From the IMG/VR virus record IMGVR_UViG_3300032243_000867, positions 64,001-128,000 of that record: a stretch of 64,000 bases of DNA. One strand, written 5' to 3'. This stretch comes from a virus (Duplodnaviria > Caudoviricetes). The position numbers and the translations under genes were made by a program. Position 1 is the stretch's first letter, and each line of letters starts with the position of its first letter. Below the pieces are notes generated by a model that worked only from the letters and a program-made list of their open reading frames with translations, made no database searches and was not told the origin of the DNA. Of this stretch, positions 16,450 through 26,872 are shown one piece after another.

Positions 16450-17634
16450 ATGACCCAGCCCAACATCCAAGCGGACGGGGTGAGAATCGAGCCGGGTTCC
16501 GGCCAGACCCTCACCATCACCCGGGACGCCTCCACGGGCTCCCTGCGCTTTGTGGACAACGCGGTCCCAGGCGGCATCAACCTGTCGTCGCTCGCGGGGC
16601 TGGGCACCATCTCGGGCGTGCTGGTCGTGGGCGCTTCGGGCACGGGCGCGCAGTACACGACCCTTCAGTCGGCCATCAATGCCGTCCCGGCGAATGCCAG
16701 CCTCACGAACCCCTACGTCGTCCTCGTGATGCCCGGTGTGTACAGCGAGAATGTCACCATCGAGAAGGCCGGGATCACCGTGCAGGGCATCGGGCGCGCG
16801 GTGATCCAAGCCGCCGCCGTGGCGGGCACCCTCACGGTGCAGGAAGCCGTCGCTTCCGTCCCGACCTCCCTTACCCTGCGAAACCTCGTGCTCGTCAACG
16901 CCAACAACGGCGAGGCGTGCGTGGACATCGTCGGCGGCGCGGGTAGCACCGTGGGCGCAGACGGGATCACCCTCGACGGGTGCGATCTCCGTCCCACGGG
17001 CGTGGGCGGGTACACGGTCTACGCCGACACGGTGAACTACGTCACCCTCACGGGGTGCCAAGCCACGGGTGCTCCCGGCACGGCGAGCCTTCGGGTGAAC
17101 CAGTGTGCGGGTTTCACCGCCCTCAACAGCGCCCTCCCCGCCGTCCAAGCGGACTACACCACGGCGGGCAGCATCCCTTCGGTGGTGGGCAGTGCCTACT
17201 ACCTGTCGGGATGTCCCTCCGTTGGGAACGTCCTTTCGACACTCACCAACGCCGGGTCGCTGGTCATCAGCGGGTGCCCCTCCGTGGGGAATCTGACCCT
17301 CAACGGAAACCGCACCCTCGCTGTAACCACCTCCAGCGTCGGAAACGTCACGGTCAACGGAAGCACAGCGGCGGCGCTTCGGAACTCGACGCGGGGCACG
17401 GCTGCGGGCGCGGGCACCTTGCTGGAGTCCCAACTGTCGGGCTCGACGGTGTTCGCGGCAAGCGCCACGGAGACAGTGACCTTCCCTGTCGCCCGACCGA
17501 ACGCCAACTACACGGTCGCCTTCGACACGGGGCTGAACACCGTGTCGCGGGTCACGAACAAGCTCGCCACCAGCTTCGACATCGTGTTCACCGCCCCCGT
17601 CAACACCACCGTCTACTGGACCGTTCTCTCATAG
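16450..17634 (+). CDS. Putative tailspike/fibre with a pectin-lyase-like beta-helix
   Basis: QYTTLQSAINAVP...VLVMPGVYSENVTI...ITVQG beta-helix cap, repeated GCPSVGN turns and the shared C-terminal module. Confidence 0.65.
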   Translation: MTQPNIQADGVRIEPGSGQTLTITRDASTGSLRFVDNAVPGGINLSSLAGLGTISGVLVVGASGTGAQYTTLQSAINAVPANASLTNPYVVLVMPGVYSENVTIEKAGITVQGIGRAVIQAAAVAGTLTVQEAVASVPTSLTLRNLVLVNANNGEACVDIVGGAGSTVGADGITLDGCDLRPTGVGGYTVYADTVNYVTLTGCQATGAPGTASLRVNQCAGFTALNSALPAVQADYTTAGSIPSVVGSAYYLSGCPSVGNVLSTLTNAGSLVISGCPSVGNLTLNGNRTLAVTTSSVGNVTVNGSTAAALRNSTRGTAAGAGTLLESQLSGSTVFAASATETVTFPVARPNANYTVAFDTGLNTVSRVTNKLATSFDIVFTAPVNTTVYWTVLS

Positions 17635-17701
17635 CGATAGATACCCTATCGCGGCCCGTTCACTAGGCGGACCCCAGCCTTGGGTTTCGCCGCTGAGGTG
17701 A

Positions 17702-18235
17702 ATGGTGAGCAACTTCTGGGAAAGCGGCGGTTTCTTCGTCCCGGCTACGGCGGGTTCGCTAGACGCCCACCTGTCGGGAAACTCGACGGTGCGGGACTAC
17801 GCCCGGGGCCGTACGGCTTCCGTGGGGTCAGTCCCCTCGGGAACCCGCGTGGCGTTCGACGGCAAGCTGTCCTCCTTGCTCGCCTACCCCGTGCCCCCGG
17901 AGCGGGGTGACATCGGGACCGTGGTGAGGGTCCGCACGGCGATGGGCGACACCACCGAACACAACGGCATGGTGTTCGTGAAGTTTGACGGTGGCCGGTT
18001 CATGGGCGTTCACCGGGCACACCTCGTCTCTGCCCCGACCGTTACCCGCACCGCGAACGCCTACCGAAGGACGGTCACGGCGATGGGAGATCTCACGGAC
18101 TTTTTGAAGAGTGCGGGGGGTGGGGATGACCTTATCCACAAGAGCTCCAAGGACTTGTGGAAGCTGTCGAAGTCAGACGGCGAGTTCGTGATCGAGCGAC
18201 TGTTCGACGAGACGGGCAAGCCCCTGAAGGTGTGA
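17702..18235 (+). CDS. Hypothetical virion-cluster protein (SH3-like segment)
   Basis: GDIGTVVRV...VFVKFDGG pattern; RTANAY linker. Confidence 0.55.
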   Translation: MVSNFWESGGFFVPATAGSLDAHLSGNSTVRDYARGRTASVGSVPSGTRVAFDGKLSSLLAYPVPPERGDIGTVVRVRTAMGDTTEHNGMVFVKFDGGRFMGVHRAHLVSAPTVTRTANAYRRTVTAMGDLTDFLKSAGGGDDLIHKSSKDLWKLSKSDGEFVIERLFDETGKPLKV

Positions 18236-18236
18236 G

Positions 18237-19172
18237 ATGACCGACCGCAAGCCCGACCCCAAAAACATCGCGCGCCGCGCCATGATCCGCACGGCGGGTG
18301 AGGTCCGCTTCATCAAGGACAAGTCGAACGACGCCAACCAGTGGGCGTGGAACGACTCCGGTCCCCAAGAGCGGAAGATCACCCCGGACTTCGCGTTCGA
18401 CCCGAGGAACACCAAGCCCCTCGCCAAGGTGCTGCGGTCCACCAACGCGGCACTGGGCCATGCCATGTCGGCCTACGCCATCTTCACGAAGATCAAGTCG
18501 GCGGATGTCTCTCCCGACGGCAGCTTGGGTGGCAAAGGGTACATCCAGAAGATCGCGGAGATGCGACGGGCTTACATGAACGTGGTGGAAGCCATGAGTG
18601 CCCTGTCCGACACCCTGTACGACGAGATCCGTGCGCCTCACTGGGCGGCGGTGTCCCGGCAGGAAGATCCCGAGGAGCGCGCCGAGGTCGAGCAGATCGT
18701 CGAGGATGCCATCGAGATCAAACAAGACCCCGAGGGATGGGCCGAGGACCAAGAAGAAGAGATGGACGAGGAGAACGAGGAAGAGATGGCGAAGGCCGTC
18801 AAGCTCGCGTCTCACCGTTCGTTGGTGTCCTCTATGGATACCGTTCTCACCCCGCAGCAAAAAAAGGCGTTCGCCCGGGTTTCGGGGGAGTTCTATACGG
18901 GGGCGACTTCTTCTCCGAACGCCTTGGTGGCCTCGGTTGAGAGAATCTTGGCTTCGTCCCCTCAGTTGAAAGGGGTGGAGTTTGGGCTGGCCTATGGCGA
19001 ATACGACGGGGACTTCTACGTTCTGTACGTCGGTCCCTTCGATCCTAAAGGCCCAGACGTTTCTAGAGCCGCAAGGGCCAGAGCTTCGACTCTGGCCTAT
19101 GAACTCGATCTGGACGACGGCGGGAAAGACTGGATTATGGATTCCATCCTAACGCAATGGGTGATGGCATGA
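18237..19172 (+). CDS. Hypothetical virion-cluster protein
   Basis: Acidic linker, then KLAS, then an appended, apparently lower-GC C-terminal domain. Confidence 0.65.
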   Translation: MTDRKPDPKNIARRAMIRTAGEVRFIKDKSNDANQWAWNDSGPQERKITPDFAFDPRNTKPLAKVLRSTNAALGHAMSAYAIFTKIKSADVSPDGSLGGKGYIQKIAEMRRAYMNVVEAMSALSDTLYDEIRAPHWAAVSRQEDPEERAEVEQIVEDAIEIKQDPEGWAEDQEEEMDEENEEEMAKAVKLASHRSLVSSMDTVLTPQQKKAFARVSGEFYTGATSSPNALVASVERILASSPQLKGVEFGLAYGEYDGDFYVLYVGPFDPKGPDVSRAARARASTLAYELDLDDGGKDWIMDSILTQWVMA

Positions 19173-21325
19173 GCTCCCGCACGCCCGATGGCGGCTATAT
19201 GCCTACTTTCGCGAGCAACTATATGCTCGACGGCTTCGATTTCTCCGAGGAGTACGGAGAAGGGCCGCTGATGAACCACAAGGTTCCTACCACGTCCCGT
19301 ACGACGGGTATGCCTGCTGCCGCCCGTTCCGAAGCGGGCATGGCGAAGCTCCCAGACGGGATCGTCACCGCCGACGACCAAGATCGCGAGTCCGCCGAGC
19401 AGTACCCGATGGGGCTCAACGTGTTCGCGGGTGCGGAGGGCACAAACTTGGGAGACCTGTCGGGCATGGTCCGAGAGGCCAACCACATCACCGACCTGTC
19501 GTGGCTAGAACTCGCGGAACAGGACCCCGACCGCCTTCCCCAGCAGCACAACGACAAGGCCCTTCAGGGCCTGGTGGAAGCGTGGGGCACCAACAAGCGC
19601 ACGGACGGGGTAGAGGTCATTCCCAACGTCGTGGTTCCTCCCGCGTCCCGGTCGCAGGTGGCACTTCTTCCCGGCGACGACGCGATGCGTCAAATGGTTG
19701 CCAGCGCGATGCGGAAGTCGGCCTTCGGGGTCCCCTTCGGGAACATCTTGTCCGACCTCGCCGCCCATCTAGGGCCGAACGCCCTGTCCCTCGTGGAAAC
19801 CGACCCCCGGTTTCAGCGGTTCGCAGCGGCGGTGCGCTCGGTCAAGGCCGAACACGGCATCTCGGGCACCCTGTACCTGCGGGATAGCGCGTTCCCCGGG
19901 CTTCTCTCGGGTAAGTGGGATCGGGAGATCAAGAAGCGGTGCGCCAGCGCCCGCTACTGGCTGACCCGTCCGGGATCGAAGCTGGCCGCGTACCAGAACT
20001 ACCTCGGCAAGCAGGTGGTGACAGAGATTCCTTGGAACGAGGCTCTCTCTCACTACCGCCCGACGTTGGAAGCATCCGGCAAACGCCTCGCTTCGGGAAA
20101 CGCCAAGACGGTGCTCGTCTCCGCGCTACGGGCAGAAGCAACCCGTGTCGCACGGGAAACCCATCACACCTATCACCTCACCCCGTCCGAAACGGTGACC
20201 TCGCGCGAGGCGTGGCGGGTGTTTGCGAGTGCCGCGCCCCCCAAGCGGGAGATCCTCCAGAAAGACTCGGTGAGGGTCACCCTCGATCAAGCTCGGCAGC
20301 GGTTCGCTAGCTGGGTACGGGCCGGGATGCTCTCCGAAGACATGGCGCGGAAGGTTCTCGCTTCCGACTTGTCTGTCGAGGACAAGCTGCGGAACGGCGC
20401 GGCGATTGTTGCCCGTGCGACAAAGTCGTCGAAGTATGACGGGCAGGGCGTAGGGGCGAAGTCCCCGGAACGGGCGTCGAAGACCGCCCTCGACGCGGAC
20501 CTCGACGCGCAGCGCCTCGCGGCTGACGTAGAGGCTCGCCGCACCCGTGCGGTGGAAGCGAAGGTCGCAGCCCGGTTCGCTAGCTGGGTGAAGGCGGGGA
20601 TGCTTACGGAAGGGCAGGCGGCAGACCTGATCGGTCGCGACGCCCCGGCCATCGACCGTGTGAGAGCGGGCGCAGCCCTCGCTTCCAAGGCTCGCATCGC
20701 CCAGTACGCGGGAGAAGGCGTCGGGTCCAGCGTTCACACGGGCATCCGCAAGGCTAGCGAAGGTGGGGATACCCGCCCGGTGCTGAAGTACGCGATGCAG
20801 AAGATGAACGAGGGGGCGGCAGGTAACGACCTGGACGTTCTTCTGAACTCGCACTTCTCGCAGGGGTACCTCAAGGGCGCGGGCGAACAGTTGGTGCAGC
20901 TTCGCCGGAAGCACGAAGGTCTGGCGGGTCACGTCTACGTTGCGGCGGATGCATATGCCAGCAAGATGGGGACGACCGGGTGCGACCAGGGCTCTCTGAT
21001 CCACCGGGCGAACCAAGTGAAGGCCGTCCTCCAGATGGAACGCTGCGGTAGCTGCACCCACAACACCGAGGGTCACTGCCAGAAGTACGCGAAGCAACTG
21101 GTGTCCGCCGCCCCGGTGGCTAACCCCGCGAAGTACCAGCGGGAGACCATCCGACTCGCGAATGCCGACGACAGCGAGCGAACGGCGGCGATGTTCAACA
21201 ACTACGACCCCGGCGAGTTCGACCTTCAGAACGACTCTCTCGACACATTCAACTACGACAACCTCCCCGATCACGGAACCCTTCACGGGATTCTGTTCGA
21301 GGGGATGACACTTCCCGAGGAGTGA
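19169..21325 (+). CDS. Large hypothetical virion-cluster protein with an internal duplication and a Cys-rich C-terminus
   Basis: ATG overlaps the upstream stop; two RFASWV(R/K)AGML...Y(D/A)G(Q/E)GVG units; CGSCTHN...C. Confidence 0.7.
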   Translation: MSSRTPDGGYMPTFASNYMLDGFDFSEEYGEGPLMNHKVPTTSRTTGMPAAARSEAGMAKLPDGIVTADDQDRESAEQYPMGLNVFAGAEGTNLGDLSGMVREANHITDLSWLELAEQDPDRLPQQHNDKALQGLVEAWGTNKRTDGVEVIPNVVVPPASRSQVALLPGDDAMRQMVASAMRKSAFGVPFGNILSDLAAHLGPNALSLVETDPRFQRFAAAVRSVKAEHGISGTLYLRDSAFPGLLSGKWDREIKKRCASARYWLTRPGSKLAAYQNYLGKQVVTEIPWNEALSHYRPTLEASGKRLASGNAKTVLVSALRAEATRVARETHHTYHLTPSETVTSREAWRVFASAAPPKREILQKDSVRVTLDQARQRFASWVRAGMLSEDMARKVLASDLSVEDKLRNGAAIVARATKSSKYDGQGVGAKSPERASKTALDADLDAQRLAADVEARRTRAVEAKVAARFASWVKAGMLTEGQAADLIGRDAPAIDRVRAGAALASKARIAQYAGEGVGSSVHTGIRKASEGGDTRPVLKYAMQKMNEGAAGNDLDVLLNSHFSQGYLKGAGEQLVQLRRKHEGLAGHVYVAADAYASKMGTTGCDQGSLIHRANQVKAVLQMERCGSCTHNTEGHCQKYAKQLVSAAPVANPAKYQRETIRLANADDSERTAAMFNNYDPGEFDLQNDSLDTFNYDNLPDHGTLHGILFEGMTLPEE

Positions 21326-21329
21326 CCCC

Positions 21330-21959
21330 ATGCGCGTTGCCGCCCCGCCCAAGTTCAAGGTGCTTGTCGCGAACCTATCGGGAAGCTCCGACCCTGCCCG
21401 TAATACGGGCGGCAACCCCGTGAAGCTCCGCACGGGCTTCGTTCTACAGATGCTCCACACCCCTGCGGGAAACGTGCGGACGGGCGGGACTACGCAGCAG
21501 CCCCCGCCCGTCAGCGCGGTCAACAACATGGCCCGGATTCAAGTCGCCGCGGCGACGTACTGGGACCCGTCAGTGGCTCCCCCCGGCCCGTTCTACTACC
21601 AGGAGGAGTGCCGCGCGTTCGACCAGTACCCTCTAGCCGCGACGGATTTCGGCGTGGGTAACGGTAGCGGCGCAGGCCCTGTCAACACCATCGCCAGCGA
21701 CCTTTCCGACTGGTTCAATGCTTCCGTTCCGGGGGTTAGCGCGACCTCCGTGGGCGACACTGTGTACCTCAGTACGAACCGGGTGGACCCCTTGTTTCCG
21801 GTACAGGCCACGAACGATATGTCCGCCCTTCTCGGAGGGGTCACGTTCAACGTCAAGGACGGGGCGGGGACTACTCTCAACGTGGCGGGTCAGAGGCGGC
21901 GTTCGTTCTTCCTACCGAAGACGGTGAAGAGCCAGTCCGCTCCGACGATCCTGCCCTGA
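21330..21959 (+). CDS. Putative virion protein
   Basis: Gly/Thr/Asn-rich 209 aa ORF within the structural cluster. Confidence 0.55.
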   Translation: MRVAAPPKFKVLVANLSGSSDPARNTGGNPVKLRTGFVLQMLHTPAGNVRTGGTTQQPPPVSAVNNMARIQVAAATYWDPSVAPPGPFYYQEECRAFDQYPLAATDFGVGNGSGAGPVNTIASDLSDWFNASVPGVSATSVGDTVYLSTNRVDPLFPVQATNDMSALLGGVTFNVKDGAGTTLNVAGQRRRSFFLPKTVKSQSAPTILP

Positions 21960-21973
21960 AGGTAGGGTTTTAT

Positions 21974-22732
21974 ATGTCTGACGACGTAGACGAGATTCTC
22001 GACGAAGAGCTACCTCCCGTTTCGGTGAAGCGGGAAACGAAGTCCCCCTCCCCTTTTATCAAGGTGGATGAGAAGGGCGTTCGTCGATACAAAGGGTACG
22101 TCATCCCTCCAGAGGCCGTCCGAATCAAAGTCGTGGACGAGCTCGGAAAAATTCGCCTTCGGAAGTTCGAGGACCTTCAGAAAGGGGACACTCCGTCCCT
22201 CAACGACTCGGGGCTCCCGATTTTTCTTGAGGGCCAGATCGGTAAACCCAAGAAGGAGGACGACGGGCTTCTTCCCCCGGCGTCGCCTCTGGTCGGGGAT
22301 CTTCTCCGAATCAAGCAGGGGCAGCTACGGAACGATCCCATCCTTCAAGCCGCCGAGTCAGCACCCGAATCCGCCGAGGTTCTGAACCAAGTGGTTCTGG
22401 CCATCGGTGAGGAAGCGGCATCCCTACGCTTCGAGCGCATGGAGGCCGAGCGCAAGGGCACGGACACCTCCCAGCTATCCATGCGCCGCGTCGCGGCCCT
22501 GAAGGCCATCGGAGACACCTGGATCAAGAGGAAAGAACAGATCCAGAGCCGAATGATCGACCTGGAGTCCCCGTCGTTCCAAGCCCTGTTTCAGTTCATC
22601 AGCGAGACGTTCGTGCGGGCGATGCAAAGCGCGGGCGTTCGCCAGGAACTCTCCGACACGGTGATCGCCCAGTTTGCGAAGCAACTGGACGACTCTTGGA
22701 AAAACGAGGCGAAGTCCCGCATGAAGGATTGA
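21974..22732 (+). CDS. Hypothetical protein, candidate terminase small subunit
   Basis: Helical protein immediately upstream of TerL; the assignment is positional only. Confidence 0.4.
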   Translation: MSDDVDEILDEELPPVSVKRETKSPSPFIKVDEKGVRRYKGYVIPPEAVRIKVVDELGKIRLRKFEDLQKGDTPSLNDSGLPIFLEGQIGKPKKEDDGLLPPASPLVGDLLRIKQGQLRNDPILQAAESAPESAEVLNQVVLAIGEEAASLRFERMEAERKGTDTSQLSMRRVAALKAIGDTWIKRKEQIQSRMIDLESPSFQALFQFISETFVRAMQSAGVRQELSDTVIAQFAKQLDDSWKNEAKSRMKD

Positions 22733-22742
22733 CGGCACTCCC

Positions 22743-24590
22743 ATGACCCTTGCCAACCTCGTTCTCTCTGGTGCGCGTGCGGTTTCTCCCGCGAACGCCT
22801 CTACTTCTGTCGCGAACATCATCGAGTTCGTTGAGGAGCCTTGGGGCCTCGGGATGCAACTGTTCCCGATCCAGAAGATCATCCTCAAGGCTCACTATGG
22901 ACTCCCTCTCGATGACACGCAGACCTTCACGGTGACCGATTGGCGGCGGCAGAACCCCCGCCAGATGACCGAGAAGGAGTACCTCGCCTACCTGTACAGC
23001 GAGGGGCGGTCGAACATCAAAGAGGTGGTGCCGGGGCACGAGCGCCGGGAGATGATCCTCTCCATCGGTCGCCGTTCTGGCAAGACCACAATCAGCGCGT
23101 GCATCTCCGCCTACGAGACGTACAAGCTCATCTCGAAGGGCGACCCCCAGGCGTACTACGGGCTTCCGCAGAGCAACATGATCCAGTTGATCTCGGTCGC
23201 CACCGACAAAGATCAGGCGGGTCTGCTCTACCAAGAGGTGTCCGGGCACTTTCGGAACTGTGCGTTCTTCGGCCCGTACACCGCCAACAACACCATGTCC
23301 TATGCGCGCTTCCAGACGCCGAAGGACGTAGAGCGGTACGGGGCCTACTCAGACGATCCGAGCGCGAAGGCCACCGTCAAGGTCACCTTCCGTAGCTGCG
23401 TCGCTAAAGGTCTCCGTGGCGCGGGCAACATCGTCGTGATTCTCGACGAGGTGGCGCACTTCACCGACGCGGGGCAGTCCTCCGCCGACGCCGTGTACAA
23501 CGCCGTCGTCCCGTCTACCTCCGCGTACTCGGCCAAAGATCCCAAGGACCGCCGCAAGCCCATCGGTCAGGTAGAGGGCCGAATCATCCTGATCTCCAGC
23601 CCACTGGGTAGGCAGGGGCTGTTCTACAAGATGTTCCAGATCGGCATGGGCGGCGGAATGGCCGCAGAGAATATGCTCTGCATCCAAGCGCCGACGTGGG
23701 AGGTGAACCCCACGGTCCCGGCGCACGAATTTGAGAAGCACTACCTGAAGGACCAAGCGGTCTTCTTCACGGAGTACGGCGGCGAGTTCAGCGACCGCAC
23801 CCGTGGGTGGATCGAGCGGGGCGACGACCTCGTGGCGTGCGTGGAAACGTCTGCGCGCCCTCAGCAGAGGGGAATCCCCCGCGTTGCGTACTTTCTCGGC
23901 CTGGACTTGGGCCTCGTTGGGGACGGTACGGCGGTATCCATCGGTCACCTAGACCCGAACGGGCACATCGTCGTAGACCTCGTAGACCAGATCAAGGCGG
24001 GTGCCGGGAAATACGTCGGAAAGGAACGGCTGGAGTTCGACGACGTGGCCGACTGGGTTCTGGACCTGTCGAAGCGGTTCTACATTCAGGAAGGAATGTT
24101 CGACCAGTGGTCGGGCATTCCGTTCGAGCAAGCTCTCTCCAAGAGGGGGCTGAGCCAGATGAAGTCGCATCCCATGACGAAACAACTCACGTCCCAGATG
24201 TTCCAGAACTTCAAGGACATGATGTGGGACAAGAAGCTGGTTCTCTACGACTTCCCTATCGCCCCGAACGAGGGTCACTGCCCATACATCGCGGAGCTTC
24301 TAGAGCTACAGGCCGAGTACCACAGCAAGTTCGTGACGACCGTGGAAGCGCCGAACATCGACGGAAAGCACGACGATATGTCCGACGCCCTTGTTCGCAT
24401 GGTGTGGCTGGCGTCGAACCGCCTCTCCAAGAACATTCACCTCTCTGGGGTTCAACGTCAGAACGGTCCGGTAATCCCCGGATACTCCCGCGTAGTTATG
24501 CGCGCGAAGCTACTCCAGAGCGGGTCGCACGAGTCTCGTCAGATCCCTCGTCATGGGTCGGGGGGTCTGCGAAAGTGGGGTCCACGATGA
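22743..24590 (+). CDS. Terminase large subunit
   Basis: Walker A IGRRSGKT, Walker B VILDEVAHF, ISSP coupling motif, RNase H-like FLGLDLG and HDDMSDA. Confidence 0.92.
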   Translation: MTLANLVLSGARAVSPANASTSVANIIEFVEEPWGLGMQLFPIQKIILKAHYGLPLDDTQTFTVTDWRRQNPRQMTEKEYLAYLYSEGRSNIKEVVPGHERREMILSIGRRSGKTTISACISAYETYKLISKGDPQAYYGLPQSNMIQLISVATDKDQAGLLYQEVSGHFRNCAFFGPYTANNTMSYARFQTPKDVERYGAYSDDPSAKATVKVTFRSCVAKGLRGAGNIVVILDEVAHFTDAGQSSADAVYNAVVPSTSAYSAKDPKDRRKPIGQVEGRIILISSPLGRQGLFYKMFQIGMGGGMAAENMLCIQAPTWEVNPTVPAHEFEKHYLKDQAVFFTEYGGEFSDRTRGWIERGDDLVACVETSARPQQRGIPRVAYFLGLDLGLVGDGTAVSIGHLDPNGHIVVDLVDQIKAGAGKYVGKERLEFDDVADWVLDLSKRFYIQEGMFDQWSGIPFEQALSKRGLSQMKSHPMTKQLTSQMFQNFKDMMWDKKLVLYDFPIAPNEGHCPYIAELLELQAEYHSKFVTTVEAPNIDGKHDDMSDALVRMVWLASNRLSKNIHLSGVQRQNGPVIPGYSRVVMRAKLLQSGSHESRQIPRHGSGGLRKWGPR

Positions 24591-24847
24591 AGACGGCAAA
24601 ATTCGACCCCCTAAAACCTAGTCGAGCGGACTACCGCTTGATCCGAAAGATCCTCGACAGCTCTTTTCCGGGGAAGGTGCTGCACACGGAGGACAGTTAC
24701 GAGCTTCTCGTCCGTGTCTTCCAGAAGGCGGGCGGGTCGTGGGAGAAGCTGTTTCTCGGATCGTCCGATGATATGAGCCTTCTGAAGAAGGTTCTGAAGG
24801 TAGCGTTCAAGGAGGGACACCTTCCCAAAGCCCCGGACTGGAGATGA
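24587..24847 (+). CDS. Hypothetical protein
   Basis: ATGA-coupled to TerL, 86 aa. Confidence 0.55.
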   Translation: MKTAKFDPLKPSRADYRLIRKILDSSFPGKVLHTEDSYELLVRVFQKAGGSWEKLFLGSSDDMSLLKKVLKVAFKEGHLPKAPDWR

Positions 24848-24853
24848 CCCCCC

Positions 24854-25168
24854 TTGACCCGGTTGCGCGCGACCCTTTCATCGCTCCCTATCGACCGTCA
24901 GATCGCGGGTCACGTCGATACCGCCCAGCGGTCTATCCGTGCCGCGCTTCGGGCGTGCGAAGGGATTGAGGTTAGCCCCGTTCAGCGTCGGCGTGTGGCG
25001 GCGGTGCGTCGTGACCTTGAGAACATTCTCGGTGCCCTGACTTCAGTACGTCGGGTCGGTTCCCCGTACGACCTGAATGACCCGGACCTCATGGACACCC
25101 CGAGGGCATCCCAACCGAAGCGGGAAGCTCCCCCCACCCCAGCCCCGCCTACGGTTGACGGAGAATAG
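24854..25168 (+). CDS. Hypothetical protein
   Basis: TTG-start ORF between TerL and portal. Confidence 0.5.
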   Translation: MTRLRATLSSLPIDRQIAGHVDTAQRSIRAALRACEGIEVSPVQRRRVAAVRRDLENILGALTSVRRVGSPYDLNDPDLMDTPRASQPKREAPPTPAPPTVDGE

Positions 25169-25173
25169 CCCCC

Positions 25174-26862
25174 ATGCCCAAGACAAACGAAGATGCGGTT
25201 GAGGTGAAGCGCGTCGCGCCCAAGGAGAAGGGCGCGAAGGTCGGCAAGCCCGGAAAGATCGTCACGTCGTCCATGCGGTCGAAGGTGGCTTTCCCCGCGT
25301 CGGGCGGCACCGTGGGCGGCACGGGGGGCAACTTCTACTCGCCCGAGCTCTCGACCGACTTCCTAGAGCTCCCGCAGTCGCTCGACGAGAAGCGCAACTA
25401 CTTTCGGTTCTTCTACCAGAACGATCCCTTCGTCGGTCAGGCTATCGACCTTCACACCATCCTCCCGCTGTCAAAGACCCGGCTGACCACGCCGAAGGCG
25501 AAAGATCCCGAGCTCGCGCAGAAATCACTGAACTTCTGCACCCGGTGGTCGCGCGAGATCGGGCTCCTTCACCGTCTTCTCGAAATGGTCCACGAGTACA
25601 ACCTCCTGGGGGAAGTCTTTGTCTTCGCAGAAGACACCTCGCCCGATATGCCCGAGGAGGTCACCCACGAGGTGATTCGCGAGCTTGACGAGGACGGCAA
25701 TCCCACCGAGCGCACGGTGCGCCGGGAGGACGCCGACGCCCGCGCCGAGAAGTGGTTGAAGCGCAACTACAGAGGTTGGACGGCGATCCGTGTGCTCCCC
25801 CCGGAGCAGGTCCACATGGAGAGCTTCCCGTTCACCGACGAGAAGATGATTGAGCTCATCCCGGACAGCAAGACCAAGGACATCGTGAACCGCGCCGACA
25901 TGGGCGACGAGTCCGCCATGCGGATCGTCAAGTCCATGCCCGAGGGTGTGGTCAACGCCATCCGAGAAGGCACGAACATCCCGTTGAACACGGACCCCGA
26001 CGCCGGGTCGTTCGTCCACTACATGGCCCAGAAGAAGTCGCAGTACGAGCCTCGCGGGCACTCGATTCTGCAAAGGTGCCTCCGCACCCTCGTGTACCGG
26101 GACAAGCTGCGCCAAGCGCAGACCAGCATCGCTTCGCGCCACATGACGCCCATTCGCATCGTGACGGCGGCGGATATGTCCGCGACGGATACGGACGCCC
26201 TGCGCGACCAGGTGGACCTCGCCCTTCAAGACCCGGATTACTCGATCATCACGAACTTCGAGGTGAACTGGAACGAGATGGGATCGCAGGGGAGGCTCCT
26301 AGAGCTCTCCAGCGAGTACGACATGACCGACCGCCAGATGTACGCGGGGCTCGGTGTGACGGAGTCCCTACTGTCGGGCGAGAGCTCGTACTCGGGCGAC
26401 CGCATCAACCTCGAAGTCATCAACACCCGGTATATGCTCCTGCGAGAAGTCTTGCAGGACATGGTCGAGGACAAGATGCTTCGCCCGATGTGCCGCCGCA
26501 TGGGGTTCATCGAGACCGACGAAGACGGTAACGAGACGGTCATCTGCCCTTCCCTGTCGTTCACGCGCCTCGCACTCCGGGACAACGCGGACACGTTCGA
26601 CGCCCTGTTCAACCTCTACCAGAAGGGCTCGCTGGACGTGGACGTGATTCTGGAGCTGCTGAACATCGACCCGTACACCACCCGCGAGCGGCTCAAGCGC
26701 GACGTGTTCACGTTCAACGACAGCAAGTTCAACGACGTGCTGGGGGGGATCTACTCCGAGGCGGGCCGCGCCCTCGCGGAGAACAGCGACGTGGTGGCGA
26801 AGATCGCGGAAACCTTGGGGTTGAAGTACGCGAAGCCCCAGACCGAGGAGGGGCGTTTCTGA
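25174..26862 (+). CDS. Portal protein
   Basis: 562 aa after TerL; FFYQNDPFVGQAIDLH, helical core and RMGF clip/crown pattern typical of large-phage portals. Confidence 0.8.
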   Translation: MPKTNEDAVEVKRVAPKEKGAKVGKPGKIVTSSMRSKVAFPASGGTVGGTGGNFYSPELSTDFLELPQSLDEKRNYFRFFYQNDPFVGQAIDLHTILPLSKTRLTTPKAKDPELAQKSLNFCTRWSREIGLLHRLLEMVHEYNLLGEVFVFAEDTSPDMPEEVTHEVIRELDEDGNPTERTVRREDADARAEKWLKRNYRGWTAIRVLPPEQVHMESFPFTDEKMIELIPDSKTKDIVNRADMGDESAMRIVKSMPEGVVNAIREGTNIPLNTDPDAGSFVHYMAQKKSQYEPRGHSILQRCLRTLVYRDKLRQAQTSIASRHMTPIRIVTAADMSATDTDALRDQVDLALQDPDYSIITNFEVNWNEMGSQGRLLELSSEYDMTDRQMYAGLGVTESLLSGESSYSGDRINLEVINTRYMLLREVLQDMVEDKMLRPMCRRMGFIETDEDGNETVICPSLSFTRLALRDNADTFDALFNLYQKGSLDVDVILELLNIDPYTTRERLKRDVFTFNDSKFNDVLGGIYSEAGRALAENSDVVAKIAETLGLKYAKPQTEEGRF

Positions 26863-26872
26863 ACTCCGATAC

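Noticed and set aside
20126-21529. 467-aa minus-strand ORF
   Set aside because: Antisense shadow of the + strand virion genes.
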